From sequence record SRR20825019_2074: a stretch of DNA of 37,646 nt. One strand, given 5' to 3'. Below, one piece after another: positions 16,675-25,927 of the stretch. The notes under the pieces are model-generated. The model saw only the letters and a list, made by a program, of their open reading frames with translations, was not told the origin of the DNA and did not search any database. The stretch's first letter is position 1; every line of letters begins with the position of its first letter. A program made the translations under genes and the position numbers.

Positions 16675-19509
16675 TCAATGCGCCTCCAACCAATTCTCAC
16701 CAATACCCACTTCCACATCCAAAGGAACAGAAAGTTTGTAGGCATTTTCCATTTCGGACTTGATGAGCTTTTTCATTTCCTCCAGTTCGGGCTTGTAGCA
16801 ATCGAACACCAATTCATCATGTACCTGCAACAACATTTTGGTCTTGTATTTGCCTTCGGAAAGCTTTTTATGGATGTTGATCATCGCAATCTTGATGATG
16901 TCCGCAGCACTCCCTTGAATGGGGGCGTTCACCGCGTTTCGTTCCGCAGCTCCGCGCACCACTTGGTTTCCCGCATTGATGTCCTTTAAATACCTGCGAC
17001 GGCCCAACACTGTTTGCACGTAGCCATTATCACGGGCAAAATCCACAAGTTCGCTCATGTAATTGCGCAACTTCGGGTAGGTTTTGTAATAGGTGTCAAT
17101 AAGTTCCTTCGCCTCCGAACGGCTCAAATCCGTTTGGTTGCTCAATCCAAAAGCAGACACCCCGTAAATGATCCCAAAGTTTACCGTTTTGGCATTGCTA
17201 CGCTGTTCGCGGGTCACTTCGTCAATTGGCACGTTAAAAACCTTGGATGCAGTGGAAGCGTGAATATCCTCACCATTTTTAAAGGCAGAGATCATTGTGT
17301 CTTCTTCACTCAATGCCGCGATGATGCGCAACTCTATCTGTGAATAATCCGCAGCCAAGAGCACATAGTTTTCATCCCGTGGTATAAAGGCCTTTCGCAC
17401 CTGTCTGCCACGTTCGGTTCGGATCGGTATGTTCTGAAGGTTCGGGTTGTTGCTGCTCAAACGGCCCGTAGCGGCAACGGTTTGCATATAATCGGTATGT
17501 ACGCGACCTGTTTTTTCCTGAACCTCGTTCGGTAGGGCATCCACGTAGGTACTTTTTAGCTTGGCCAATCCACGGTAGTCCAACACGTTTTGGATGATCT
17601 TGTGGTCCTTGGCCAAGTAGGAGAGCACATCTTCCGAAGTGGAAAACTGGCCCGTTTTGGTCTTTTTGGGTTTGTCCACCAGCTTGAGCTTATCAAATAG
17701 GATGTCCCCTAATTGTTTAGGAGAAGCAATGTTGAATTCCTCGCCCGCTTCCTTATAAATACTTTGCTCCAGTTCCTTGATGTCCTTGTCCAACTGTTCC
17801 GAAAGGCCACCCAGATAATCCTTGTCCAGATTGATGCCTTCCAATTCCATATCCGCCAATACGCGAAGCAAAGGAATCTCAATATCAGAGAACAGCTTGT
17901 CAGTATGGGCATCTTTGAGCTCTGGCGTAAATTTTAGCCCCAATTGAAAGGTAACATCGGCATCTTCCACCGCATATTCCGTTTGCTTTTCCAAAGGAAC
18001 GTCCCGCATATTGAGCTGATTTTTGCCTTTTTTGCCAATGAGTTCTGTGATGGAAATGGGGGTATAGTTGAGGTACGTTTCAGCCAATACATCCATATTA
18101 TGGCGCATATCGGGGTTGATGAGGTAGTGGGCCAGCATGGTATCGAACAGTTTGCCCTTGACTTCCACACCATAGTTTTTCATCACTTTAATATCGTACT
18201 TGAGGTTTTGTCCTACCTTTTCGATGGCTTCGGATTCAAAAAACGGACGCAGTTTTTCAATCAAAGGTTTCGCATCGTTTTCATTGTCTGGGAAGGGCAC
18301 ATAAAACCCTTTGCCTGGCGACCAACTAAAGGCAATCCCGACCAATTCGGCTTCCAACGGATTGAGGGACGTGGTCTCCGTATCAAAACATACGGAAGGT
18401 TGTTTCATCAGCATGTCCATAAAAAGTTCCATGCCCAGACCATCTTGCACATTCTGATAAAAATGGGGCACATCACCGATGGTCATTCGGCTGTTCACAT
18501 CTTTAATGGTGGCTGCAGCTTCGGATGGGTCACCGCCAAATAGGGTAAACTGACCGCTTCCCGCCACTTGTGCTTCCTTTTTTGCCGTTTGTGTACTGGT
18601 TACTTGGGTAGTTGCCTCGGCTTCTTCTGTAAATAATTTGATGAATTGGTCTTTCAGTCTACGGAATTCAAGCTCTTCAAATATTTCCTGGACTTTTTCG
18701 GCATCGGGTGGACACATTTCGTAATCCTCCGCATGGAATTGTACATCGCAATCCGTTTTGATCTCTGCCAATTTTCTGGACAATCGTCCCAACTCGGCAT
18801 TCTCTTCCACCTTCTCTTTCATCTTTCCCTTGAGCTTGTCGGTATTGGCCAACAATCCTTCCATGGAATCGAACTGCTCAATAAATTTTTTGGCCGTTTT
18901 GTCGCCTACACCTGGGAGGCCTGGAATATTGTCACTGGCATCGCCCATCATCCCCAAATAATCGATTACCTGTTCGGGACGCTTAACACCGAAGCGTTTC
19001 TGTACTTCGGGGATGCCCCAGATTTCGATACCATTGCCCATTCGGGCGGGGCGGTACATAAAAATGTTTTCGCTCACCAACTGACCAAAATCCTTGTCGG
19101 GCGTGACCATAAATACCTTGTAATTTTCCTTTTCTGCCTGTTTGGCCACCGTTCCAATGAGGTCATCGGCTTCGTAGCCTTCCAATTCCACGATCGGAAT
19201 TTTCATGGCCTCCAAAATTTGTTGGATGTAGGGCACGGCGATACGAATGGCATCGGGCGTTTCATCACGGTTTGCTTTATAGTCCTCGAACATTTCCACA
19301 CGCTCTACGCTGCCTCCTTTATCAAAAGCAACCGCTAAATGGTCGGGCTGCTCGCGTTTGATCACATCAAAAAGGGAATTCATAAATCCCATAATGGCTG
19401 AGGTGTCCATGCCCTTGGAATTGATTCTTGGGTTTTTGATGAGGGCGTAGTAGCCACGAAAAATAAGCGCGTAGGCGTCTAGTAGGAATAGTCTTTTTTG
19501 GTCAGACAT
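16675..19509 (-). CDS. polA: DNA polymerase I
   Basis: 5' nuclease (LLDAY, EADD, GDASDNIPG), 3'-5' exonuclease (FDTETT, QNLKYD, YAVED), polymerase motifs DYSQIELR, KTVNFGIIYG, QVHDELVF. Confidence 0.99.
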   Translation of the reverse strand: MSDQKRLFLLDAYALIFRGYYALIKNPRINSKGMDTSAIMGFMNSLFDVIKREQPDHLAVAFDKGGSVERVEMFEDYKANRDETPDAIRIAVPYIQQILEAMKIPIVELEGYEADDLIGTVAKQAEKENYKVFMVTPDKDFGQLVSENIFMYRPARMGNGIEIWGIPEVQKRFGVKRPEQVIDYLGMMGDASDNIPGLPGVGDKTAKKFIEQFDSMEGLLANTDKLKGKMKEKVEENAELGRLSRKLAEIKTDCDVQFHAEDYEMCPPDAEKVQEIFEELEFRRLKDQFIKLFTEEAEATTQVTSTQTAKKEAQVAGSGQFTLFGGDPSEAAATIKDVNSRMTIGDVPHFYQNVQDGLGMELFMDMLMKQPSVCFDTETTSLNPLEAELVGIAFSWSPGKGFYVPFPDNENDAKPLIEKLRPFFESEAIEKVGQNLKYDIKVMKNYGVEVKGKLFDTMLAHYLINPDMRHNMDVLAETYLNYTPISITELIGKKGKNQLNMRDVPLEKQTEYAVEDADVTFQLGLKFTPELKDAHTDKLFSDIEIPLLRVLADMELEGINLDKDYLGGLSEQLDKDIKELEQSIYKEAGEEFNIASPKQLGDILFDKLKLVDKPKKTKTGQFSTSEDVLSYLAKDHKIIQNVLDYRGLAKLKSTYVDALPNEVQEKTGRVHTDYMQTVAATGRLSSNNPNLQNIPIRTERGRQVRKAFIPRDENYVLLAADYSQIELRIIAALSEEDTMISAFKNGEDIHASTASKVFNVPIDEVTREQRSNAKTVNFGIIYGVSAFGLSNQTDLSRSEAKELIDTYYKTYPKLRNYMSELVDFARDNGYVQTVLGRRRYLKDINAGNQVVRGAAERNAVNAPIQGSAADIIKIAMINIHKKLSEGKYKTKMLLQVHDELVFDCYKPELEEMKKLIKSEMENAYKLSVPLDVEVGIGENWLEAH

Positions 19510-19529
19510 TTTATAATTTTTTTGAAGTA

Positions 19530-19537
19530 CAAAGTTA
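19530..19537 (-). promoter_or_regulatory. polA -7 promoter element
   Basis: Minus-strand TAACTTTG 20 bp upstream of the ATG. Confidence 0.6.
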
Positions 19538-19575
19538 GAAGTACGAATTTTTAAATGTACGAATTGCTGTTTAAA

Positions 19576-19706
19576 AGATGTGAGATTCTAGATGCGAGAT
19601 TTGAGACGGTTTTTTAGAACCAAGAGCAAAGAGTCAAGAATCAAGATAATTGAGTGAAAAAGTCTTGATTCTTGTTTCCAAAAGCGCAGCGGTCTTGCGT
19701 CTGGCA
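19576..19706. repeat. Inverted heptamer tandem arrays (AGAnnnn / TCTnnnn)
   Basis: AGATGTG-AGATTCT-AGATGCG-AGATTTG-AGACGGT (19576-19610), AGAACCA-AGAGCAA-AGAGTCA-AGAATCA-AGATAAT (19616-19650), then TCTTGAT-TCTTGTT (19663-19676) and TCTTGCG-TCTGGCA (19693-19706). Confidence 0.85.
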
Positions 19707-19708
19707 AT

Positions 19709-20710
19709 CTATTCATAAAAACTGGTCACTTCTCGGTTTTCGTGCCCGTTCTCGGAATACTCCCGATACGTAAACCCAGGGTGCACGCAGTAACCGCCCG
19801 TTTCCCCATTTTTGTTGATGGCCAAGAACCCGATTTGGAAATCTTTTCGGCCCTCATTTTTCTTCATGATGCGTTTTACACCTTCCTCACAGGCTTCTTG
19901 CGGGCTTTTTCCTTGACGCATGAGTTCCACGATCAAAAAACTGCCCACAGTACGGATGACTTCCTCACCAACTCCCGTGGCCGTGGCACCGCCCACTTCG
20001 TTATCAATGAAAAGTCCCGCGCCAATAATGGGGGAGTCCCCAACGCGCCCAGCCACTTTGTAGGCCATGCCGCTGGTGGTGCATGCTCCCGCAATGTCCC
20101 CATTGTCGTCAATGGCGAGCATACCAATGGTGTCGTGGTTTTCTATATTGATGGTGGTCTCGTATTTGGAGGTTTTCAGCCACTCTTCGTATTGTTTTCG
20201 TGTACTTTCGGTAAACAGGTCCTCCTTTTTAAAACCTTGTTCGTAGGCAAATTTTTCGGCACCCTTACCTGCTAAAATGATGTGAGGTGTTTCTTCCATC
20301 ACCTTTCGGGCCACGGAAACGGGGTGCACAATGTTCTGCATGCAGACCACGGAACCGCAATTGCCATCTTTGTCCATTATGCAGGCATCCAAAGTCACGT
20401 TGCCATCACGATCGGGACGACCGCCTTTGCCCACGGTCTCATTGGTTTCGTCAGCTTCTTCGACCCTAACGCCCTGTTCCACGGCATCAAGTGCATTGCC
20501 GCCCGATTTTAAGACTTCCCAGGCCTTTTCTGTGGCGTTAAAAAAGTTCCAGGTGCAGACCACAATCGGTTTTACGGCGGTTTGTACAGGAATGGTGGAA
20601 GCTGGGGCAACTTCGGGCTTTGTGTCCGTTTTACAGGCGGCCAATGTGGAGGCGGAAACCAGTCCAGCAGCGGACAGACTGGAATTTTTGATGAATTTGC
20701 GTCGTTCCAT
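19709..20710 (-). CDS. N4-(beta-N-acetylglucosaminyl)-L-asparaginase (glycosylasparaginase), Tat lipoprotein
   Basis: MERRKFIK twin-arginine signal, LAAC lipobox, NHDTIG autocleavage site, GRVGDSP, ATGVGE. Confidence 0.92.
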   Translation of the reverse strand: MERRKFIKNSSLSAAGLVSASTLAACKTDTKPEVAPASTIPVQTAVKPIVVCTWNFFNATEKAWEVLKSGGNALDAVEQGVRVEEADETNETVGKGGRPDRDGNVTLDACIMDKDGNCGSVVCMQNIVHPVSVARKVMEETPHIILAGKGAEKFAYEQGFKKEDLFTESTRKQYEEWLKTSKYETTINIENHDTIGMLAIDDNGDIAGACTTSGMAYKVAGRVGDSPIIGAGLFIDNEVGGATATGVGEEVIRTVGSFLIVELMRQGKSPQEACEEGVKRIMKKNEGRKDFQIGFLAINKNGETGGYCVHPGFTYREYSENGHENREVTSFYE

Positions 20711-20750
20711 GGGTTGGTATGTTTAATTTTAAGGGTTATAAAGATACAAT

Positions 20751-21470
20751 ATGATCGTAGAAGTGTGTGCCAATTCCTTGGAATCGGCAAGGAATGCCGA
20801 AAGGGCAGGAGCGAATCGAATTGAACTTTGTTCGGAGCTTGGTGTTGGCGGTGTCACCCCATCCGCAGGATTGATTCAATTGGTGAAAAGGGAGTTGTCG
20901 ATTCCCGTTCATGTTCTAATTCGTCCTAGGGGCGGACATTTTACGTATTCCGATGCTGAATTTGAAGTGATGAAGGCCGATATCTTGGCATGTAAAGCCC
21001 TAGGGGTGCATGGTATTGTTTCGGGGATTCTGATGGATGATTTTTCGTTGGATGTTGGACGAACAAAAGTTTTGGTGGAATTGGCCAAGCCGATGCATTT
21101 TACCTTTCATCGTGCGTTTGATTGGGTGGCCGAACCTTTGGAAGCCATCCAACAGCTTGAAGCGATAGGGGTTCAGACCATTTTAACTTCTGGCGGAGAA
21201 CCATGTGCAGAAAAGGGAATCAAAAGCTTGGAGTTTTGGCAACAAAAAACATCCATGACCATTATGGCAGGAGGGGGAGTATCACCAGGGAACGCATCAA
21301 AATTTAAAGATATTGGTCTGCATGCCATACATTGTTCGGGTACTTCCTTTGGAAATCTGATTGTGCTGAATGGGAAAATCAGTATGAACTCCGCCAAACA
21401 TTTAGTGGAAGATGAGGTGGCCGTTTCGAATTTGGAAACACTGACCTCGATTGTTCGAGCCGTTAAATAA
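20751..21470 (+). CDS. cutC: CutC-family TIM-barrel protein
   Basis: EVCANS, RIELC, GGVTPS, LIRPRGGHFTYS, TFHRAFD, ILTSGG. Confidence 0.95.
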   Translation: MIVEVCANSLESARNAERAGANRIELCSELGVGGVTPSAGLIQLVKRELSIPVHVLIRPRGGHFTYSDAEFEVMKADILACKALGVHGIVSGILMDDFSLDVGRTKVLVELAKPMHFTFHRAFDWVAEPLEAIQQLEAIGVQTILTSGGEPCAEKGIKSLEFWQQKTSMTIMAGGGVSPGNASKFKDIGLHAIHCSGTSFGNLIVLNGKISMNSAKHLVEDEVAVSNLETLTSIVRAVK

Positions 21471-21524
21471 TAGTAAAAAGCACTGCTAAAAAGCAGATTA
21501 GCCCTAATTTTGTAAAAAAATTGT

Positions 21525-22757
21525 ATGTCCCGATTTATCATTTTGGCAATTCTTTACTTGGTGCTGGCCGTCTATGGTTTTCAAGCATTCCGTACGCTGT
21601 TCAAGAGTCCGTTGATGCATTGGGCCTACATTATACTGTTTTTGGGTGCCTTGATTTTTTTGACCATTAAGGTTATGACCTATGACGAGGGGGATGGATT
21701 TAAAGGAACTGCAGCCATTGCAGGCACCATTTTCGCTGCATTCTTTTTATTGGCACTGGTGTTGGGGTTCTTCCTTTTGTTGGAGGATATTGTACGGCTG
21801 TTGGGCTTTGGTTACAATAAAATTGTAGGTGTCTCCGATCCTGATGCAGGGTACTTTCCATCACGCAGAAAATTTATAAGTGGTATAGCGCTCGGTTTGG
21901 CGGCCTTGCCTTTTGGAGCGTTGTTGTATGGAATGTACCGTGGAAAATATAACTATCAGGTATTGAAGTATGAGCTGGAATTTGATGACTTGCCCGATGC
22001 TTTCCACAATTATCAGATTACCCAAATATCCGATGTGCACAGCGGTAGTTTTGACGATTACCAGAAAGTTGAATATGGTGTAAATCTGGTCAACGAACAG
22101 AAGAGCGACGTCATTTTCTTTACAGGTGATATCGTGAACCTAAAGTCCGATGAGCTGGAACCATGGAAAGAGGTTTTCTCCCGTCTGGATGCCAAGGATG
22201 GCGTATACTCCATTTTGGGCAACCACGATTATGGGGATTATGCCGTTTGGGATACGGAGGAAGATAAGGAAGAGAACTTGGAATATCTCAAGACCATGCA
22301 AAAGGAAATGGGTTTTGACCTGTTGCTGAACTCCAATCGGTTTTTGGAAAAGGATGGGGATAAGATTGCACTCGTAGGAGTGGAGAACTGGGGCCGCGGC
22401 GGATTTAAGAAAGCGGGCGACCTCCAAAAGGCCAAGGAAGGTATTTCTCCGGAAGATTTTAAAATATTATTAAGCCACGATCCATCACACTGGGAGGATG
22501 TGGTAATCCATGACGACTACCATTTTCATTTGACCTTGAGCGGACACACCCACGGCATGCAGTTTGGGGTGGAGATTCCAGGATGGGTGAAGTGGAGCCC
22601 CGTGAAGTGGCGCTACAAATATTGGGCGGGCATTTATAAAGAATTGGGACAGTTCATCAACGTGAACCGAGGTTTCGGATTTATTGGATACCCGGGCCGT
22701 TTTGGAATTTGGCCCGAGATATCCGTAATTACTTTGAAGAAGAAGGGATTGGCCTAA
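21525..22757 (+). CDS. Membrane-anchored YkuE-like metallophosphoesterase
   Basis: Four TM helices then SDVH, TGD, GNHD, LSHDP, LSGHTHG calcineurin-like metal motifs. Confidence 0.93.
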   Translation: MSRFIILAILYLVLAVYGFQAFRTLFKSPLMHWAYIILFLGALIFLTIKVMTYDEGDGFKGTAAIAGTIFAAFFLLALVLGFFLLLEDIVRLLGFGYNKIVGVSDPDAGYFPSRRKFISGIALGLAALPFGALLYGMYRGKYNYQVLKYELEFDDLPDAFHNYQITQISDVHSGSFDDYQKVEYGVNLVNEQKSDVIFFTGDIVNLKSDELEPWKEVFSRLDAKDGVYSILGNHDYGDYAVWDTEEDKEENLEYLKTMQKEMGFDLLLNSNRFLEKDGDKIALVGVENWGRGGFKKAGDLQKAKEGISPEDFKILLSHDPSHWEDVVIHDDYHFHLTLSGHTHGMQFGVEIPGWVKWSPVKWRYKYWAGIYKELGQFINVNRGFGFIGYPGRFGIWPEISVITLKKKGLA

Positions 22758-22765
22758 GTACAGGA

Positions 22766-24070
22766 TTACTTCAACCAATTGAAGACATCTTGCATAAATT
22801 CTTGACATTGGTAATCGTCCACGCCTTCCCAACTGGTCATATAAAGTGAAACCATGGCTTCGCCCATGACCACTAGTTTTCCTCCTTTTTTGGTCTTTAC
22901 GTAGGTAGCCGCGGGATAGGCTTTACCCAATTCATCTCCATAAACAAAAGGAGTTCCACCGATTACTTTTCTGGCTTCATGATAGGATATTTTTAATGGC
23001 TCATTGTGTATTTCCCCTTTTATAGTGTGGCCGCCCGGAAGTTTATCGGGGATGGCATCTCCATATTGGATGCCGTAGGGCGCTATGAGGTCGTTAACAT
23101 TCGTGTCGCTCAAAGATGACCAATACTCACTGTCCATTATGATAAATAGACTTCCGCCCCCGTCAATAAACTTGTGGATGGCCTTGACCTCTTTTTCTGT
23201 GTACTGTTTTTTGGGAATGTGGATGTACAGAATGTCGATGTCCGACAACATCTTTGAATCTATTTCTGTTTTCGCATAATCCACTGTGGCGTTGATGGCT
23301 CTTGCTGTTTTGTAGAGTTCCTCCGTCATCATATAGACCCTACTGATTTTTTCATTCTCCAAATCCATGGATTTGGGGTCGTTCCAAAACACCTGATCAT
23401 GCGCAACATCCATCAAAATATGGGTGTAATCATCCATTGTGTTCCGCTTTATGGAAATGTTTTTGAACCAGCCTTCGCTGCCTTCACCTACCCAAAGGCC
23501 AATTTTTCCGTGGCCACTGACATTGATCTGTTCTTCGACCGTAAAAGTGGGAGTGTTTGAACCATCCACATAAACATCCACTTTGGGATAATGGATTTCC
23601 AATTTTACATGGAACCAGTCATCGGGGGCAGGAGCGGGGTCGATATGGGTCTCATATTTTCCTGGGTGGTTTTCGCGCAAGGTTTTCCAATCCAAATGTG
23701 GCATGGCAATGTATTGTACCATATGCTCTTTTTTATTTGGATTCTGAAAGTTGAAGGGCCTAAAGTAAACGGCATCGAAAATGGAATTGTCTTTCCCGTT
23801 AAAGGCCACCCCAACGAAACTTGCACCGGTCTTATTCTTTCCTTTGATGTCGAGTTCAATGGTGCCGTTCTGAAAATCGGAGCCTTTCAGCCATAAAAGG
23901 CCGTCCCCGGGTTTACCGTTCAAATGAATGACCCCGTTGTCAAAATCGACCTCCCTATTGTGGACCTCCCAATTTTTAGGGTCATCAAGATTTTTGTTGG
24001 TTTGTCCTAGAACGGAAAAAGAAATGGTCAATAAGAAAATGGATAATAAACATGTTTTTAAGGATTTCAT
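22766..24070 (-). CDS. Secreted two-domain protein: DUF1080-like concanavalin fold plus DUF4350/GATase-like domain
   Basis: Sec signal from MKSLKT (24070); FQNGTIELDIKG, FDAVYFRPFNF, DWFHVK, GKIGLWVG; second half ILMDVAH, EVKAIHKFIDGGGSLF, GKLVVMGE. Confidence 0.7.
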   Translation of the reverse strand: MKSLKTCLLSIFLLTISFSVLGQTNKNLDDPKNWEVHNREVDFDNGVIHLNGKPGDGLLWLKGSDFQNGTIELDIKGKNKTGASFVGVAFNGKDNSIFDAVYFRPFNFQNPNKKEHMVQYIAMPHLDWKTLRENHPGKYETHIDPAPAPDDWFHVKLEIHYPKVDVYVDGSNTPTFTVEEQINVSGHGKIGLWVGEGSEGWFKNISIKRNTMDDYTHILMDVAHDQVFWNDPKSMDLENEKISRVYMMTEELYKTARAINATVDYAKTEIDSKMLSDIDILYIHIPKKQYTEKEVKAIHKFIDGGGSLFIIMDSEYWSSLSDTNVNDLIAPYGIQYGDAIPDKLPGGHTIKGEIHNEPLKISYHEARKVIGGTPFVYGDELGKAYPAATYVKTKKGGKLVVMGEAMVSLYMTSWEGVDDYQCQEFMQDVFNWLK

Positions 24071-24215
24071 TGTGTTTGTTTTTTGATTGAAATCCAAAAC
24101 TACCGCAGAACAAGGCTTGATGAGCAGGCAAAAGCCGACCAAATCGAGTTCAAAATTCGGTCATTTACCGAAAACCGAACAATTTTGGGCGAATATTAAT
24201 ATCTTCGAGTATGCT

Positions 24216-25484
24216 ATGAAAAGCCCTGATAATTACCATATCGAATTGTGCATGAAATTGCTTGAAGAGAAATTTTCCTTCGGCAACGGACATGGATATA
24301 CCCAGAAGGATTTGGAGCAGCTTTCCTCCTATATTGAGGAGCATACTGGGTACTACATCAGTTTGTCCACTTTAAAACGGGTGTGGAAGGGCACTTATAA
24401 AACACAGCCCCAAATCGCTACCTTGAATGCCCTTGTGGAAGTGCTTGGCTATAAAAACTGGCAGGATTTTAAGATTCAGCATCAAAAAGCCAAGCTTGAA
24501 GAAGAGAAGGGTTCAAAAAGAAGCAAATGGCCCTTTTATTTGGCAGCACCTATAGTGGCGATTATTTTGACGGTAATCGTGTTTTCTTTTGGAGAAAGTG
24601 GGGCATCAAACGTAAAAATTGAGGGTCCCGTAAGCTTTAGTGCGGACAAAACGGTTGCCAAAGGTGTTCCGAATACGTTTATTTTCGAGTATGACCTGAG
24701 CCATGTGGTAGCCGACAGTTTTTTTATCCAACAATCTTGGAATGCCTGGCGCAAGGAAAAAATCGACCCCAAAAAGGAGGTGTATGCTTCAACCTATTAT
24801 GAAAGTGGTTTCCACCGAGCCAAATTGATTGCGAATGATGAGGTGGTCGCCACCCAAGCGGTCCATATTTTAAGCGATGGCTGGGAGCCACATGTATATT
24901 ATTCTGAGGCCGACGACATATTTATCGATTTTAAGGGCGAGAGATTTGTTGCGGATGGAAGATTGCATCTGCCTATCGAGCTGCTTAAAAAACGAGGCTT
25001 GGATACTTCCCGCTACTTTATGTCTCGCATTTCGCATAGCGATGACTATGGGGTTTCTTCCAATAACTTTGGATTCAAAACAAAAATCAAAGTGGAAAAG
25101 GCGTTGGAATCCAACTGTCCGTGGGTAAATGTTTTATTGATTACCACCGAGCATGTATTTTCGGCTAAGCTTGTCCGCAACGGCTGTGAAACGGGGGCCA
25201 GCTATAAATTGGGTGAAATCTACAAGTCCGGGAAGGACAATAATCTCTCCAAATTGGGAACGGACCTTTATGAATGGAATGATTTGGAGATAAAGGTCGA
25301 GGGAAAGAAAGCCACCATATTGTTGAATGGGAAGGAAGCCTATTCTGAGAATTACCAAGAGGACCTTGGAAACATTGTAGGTCTTTCCTATGTATTCGAG
25401 GGAACCGGGTCCATTGATTTTGTTGAACTTACCGATGAGAAGGGAAAAGTAGTTTTCCAAGACGATTTTGAAGTTTATGAGTAA
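24216..25484 (+). CDS. Membrane-anchored protein: N-terminal HTH-like domain, one TM helix, periplasmic PKD-like and concanavalin-like domains
   Basis: Start at MKSPDN; ISLSTLKRVW...PQIATLNALVEVLGY is HTH-like; basic KRSK then TM WPFYLAAPIVAIILTVIVFSF; YYESGFHRAKL (PKD-like); WNDLEIKVEG and GSIDFVEL (beta-sandwich). Confidence 0.7.
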   Translation: MKSPDNYHIELCMKLLEEKFSFGNGHGYTQKDLEQLSSYIEEHTGYYISLSTLKRVWKGTYKTQPQIATLNALVEVLGYKNWQDFKIQHQKAKLEEEKGSKRSKWPFYLAAPIVAIILTVIVFSFGESGASNVKIEGPVSFSADKTVAKGVPNTFIFEYDLSHVVADSFFIQQSWNAWRKEKIDPKKEVYASTYYESGFHRAKLIANDEVVATQAVHILSDGWEPHVYYSEADDIFIDFKGERFVADGRLHLPIELLKKRGLDTSRYFMSRISHSDDYGVSSNNFGFKTKIKVEKALESNCPWVNVLLITTEHVFSAKLVRNGCETGASYKLGEIYKSGKDNNLSKLGTDLYEWNDLEIKVEGKKATILLNGKEAYSENYQEDLGNIVGLSYVFEGTGSIDFVELTDEKGKVVFQDDFEVYE

Positions 25485-25595
25485 TGGAATTGGGATGGCT
25501 CCCATCACAATTTAGAGTGAAGCAATGTTCAAAGCGTTGAAAGGCTGTAAAACATTCAACTTTTTTCTTATTTTTGACTGTAAACCTTAGAATAC

Positions 25596-25895
25596 ATGTC
25601 CAAATTCGGAGAACTTATAGATTTACAGGTCCCAGTTTTATTAGACTTTTATGCGGAATGGAACGAGCAGTCCACCTCTATGCATCCAGTGTTGAGCGAT
25701 GTTGCCGCTGCTCTTGGCGATAAGGGAAAGGTGATAAAAATTGATGTGGACAAGAACAAGGAACTTTCACAGGCACTCCGTATCAAAGGGCTGCCCACTT
25801 TAATGATCTACAAAAAAGGTGAAATGGTCTGGCGCCAAAGCGGAGAGCAGGACGCCAATACCTTGATCGGTATCCTAAACGAATACATCCAATAA
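25596..25895 (+). CDS. Thioredoxin-fold protein without CxxC (WNEQS)
   Basis: PVLLDFYAEW, KIDVDKN, IKGLPTL are thioredoxin motifs; no cysteine in the 99-aa protein. Confidence 0.9.
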   Translation: MSKFGELIDLQVPVLLDFYAEWNEQSTSMHPVLSDVAAALGDKGKVIKIDVDKNKELSQALRIKGLPTLMIYKKGEMVWRQSGEQDANTLIGILNEYIQ

Positions 25896-25924
25896 AAAAA
25901 GCGAGGTTTTTCCCCACTTTTTTT
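25894..25924 (-). terminator. Intrinsic terminator of the DUF2723 gene
   Basis: Minus strand AAAAAAAGTGGGG-AAAAA-CCTCGCTTTTTTT; the stem pairs fully only on the minus strand through two G-U pairs. Confidence 0.7.
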
Positions 25925-25927
25925 ATG

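Noticed and set aside
24071-24215. Apparent overlap of the ORFs 22766..24142 and 24087..25484
   Set aside because: Caused by longest-ORF start choice; ATGs at 24070 and 24216 leave a normal 145-bp divergent spacer.
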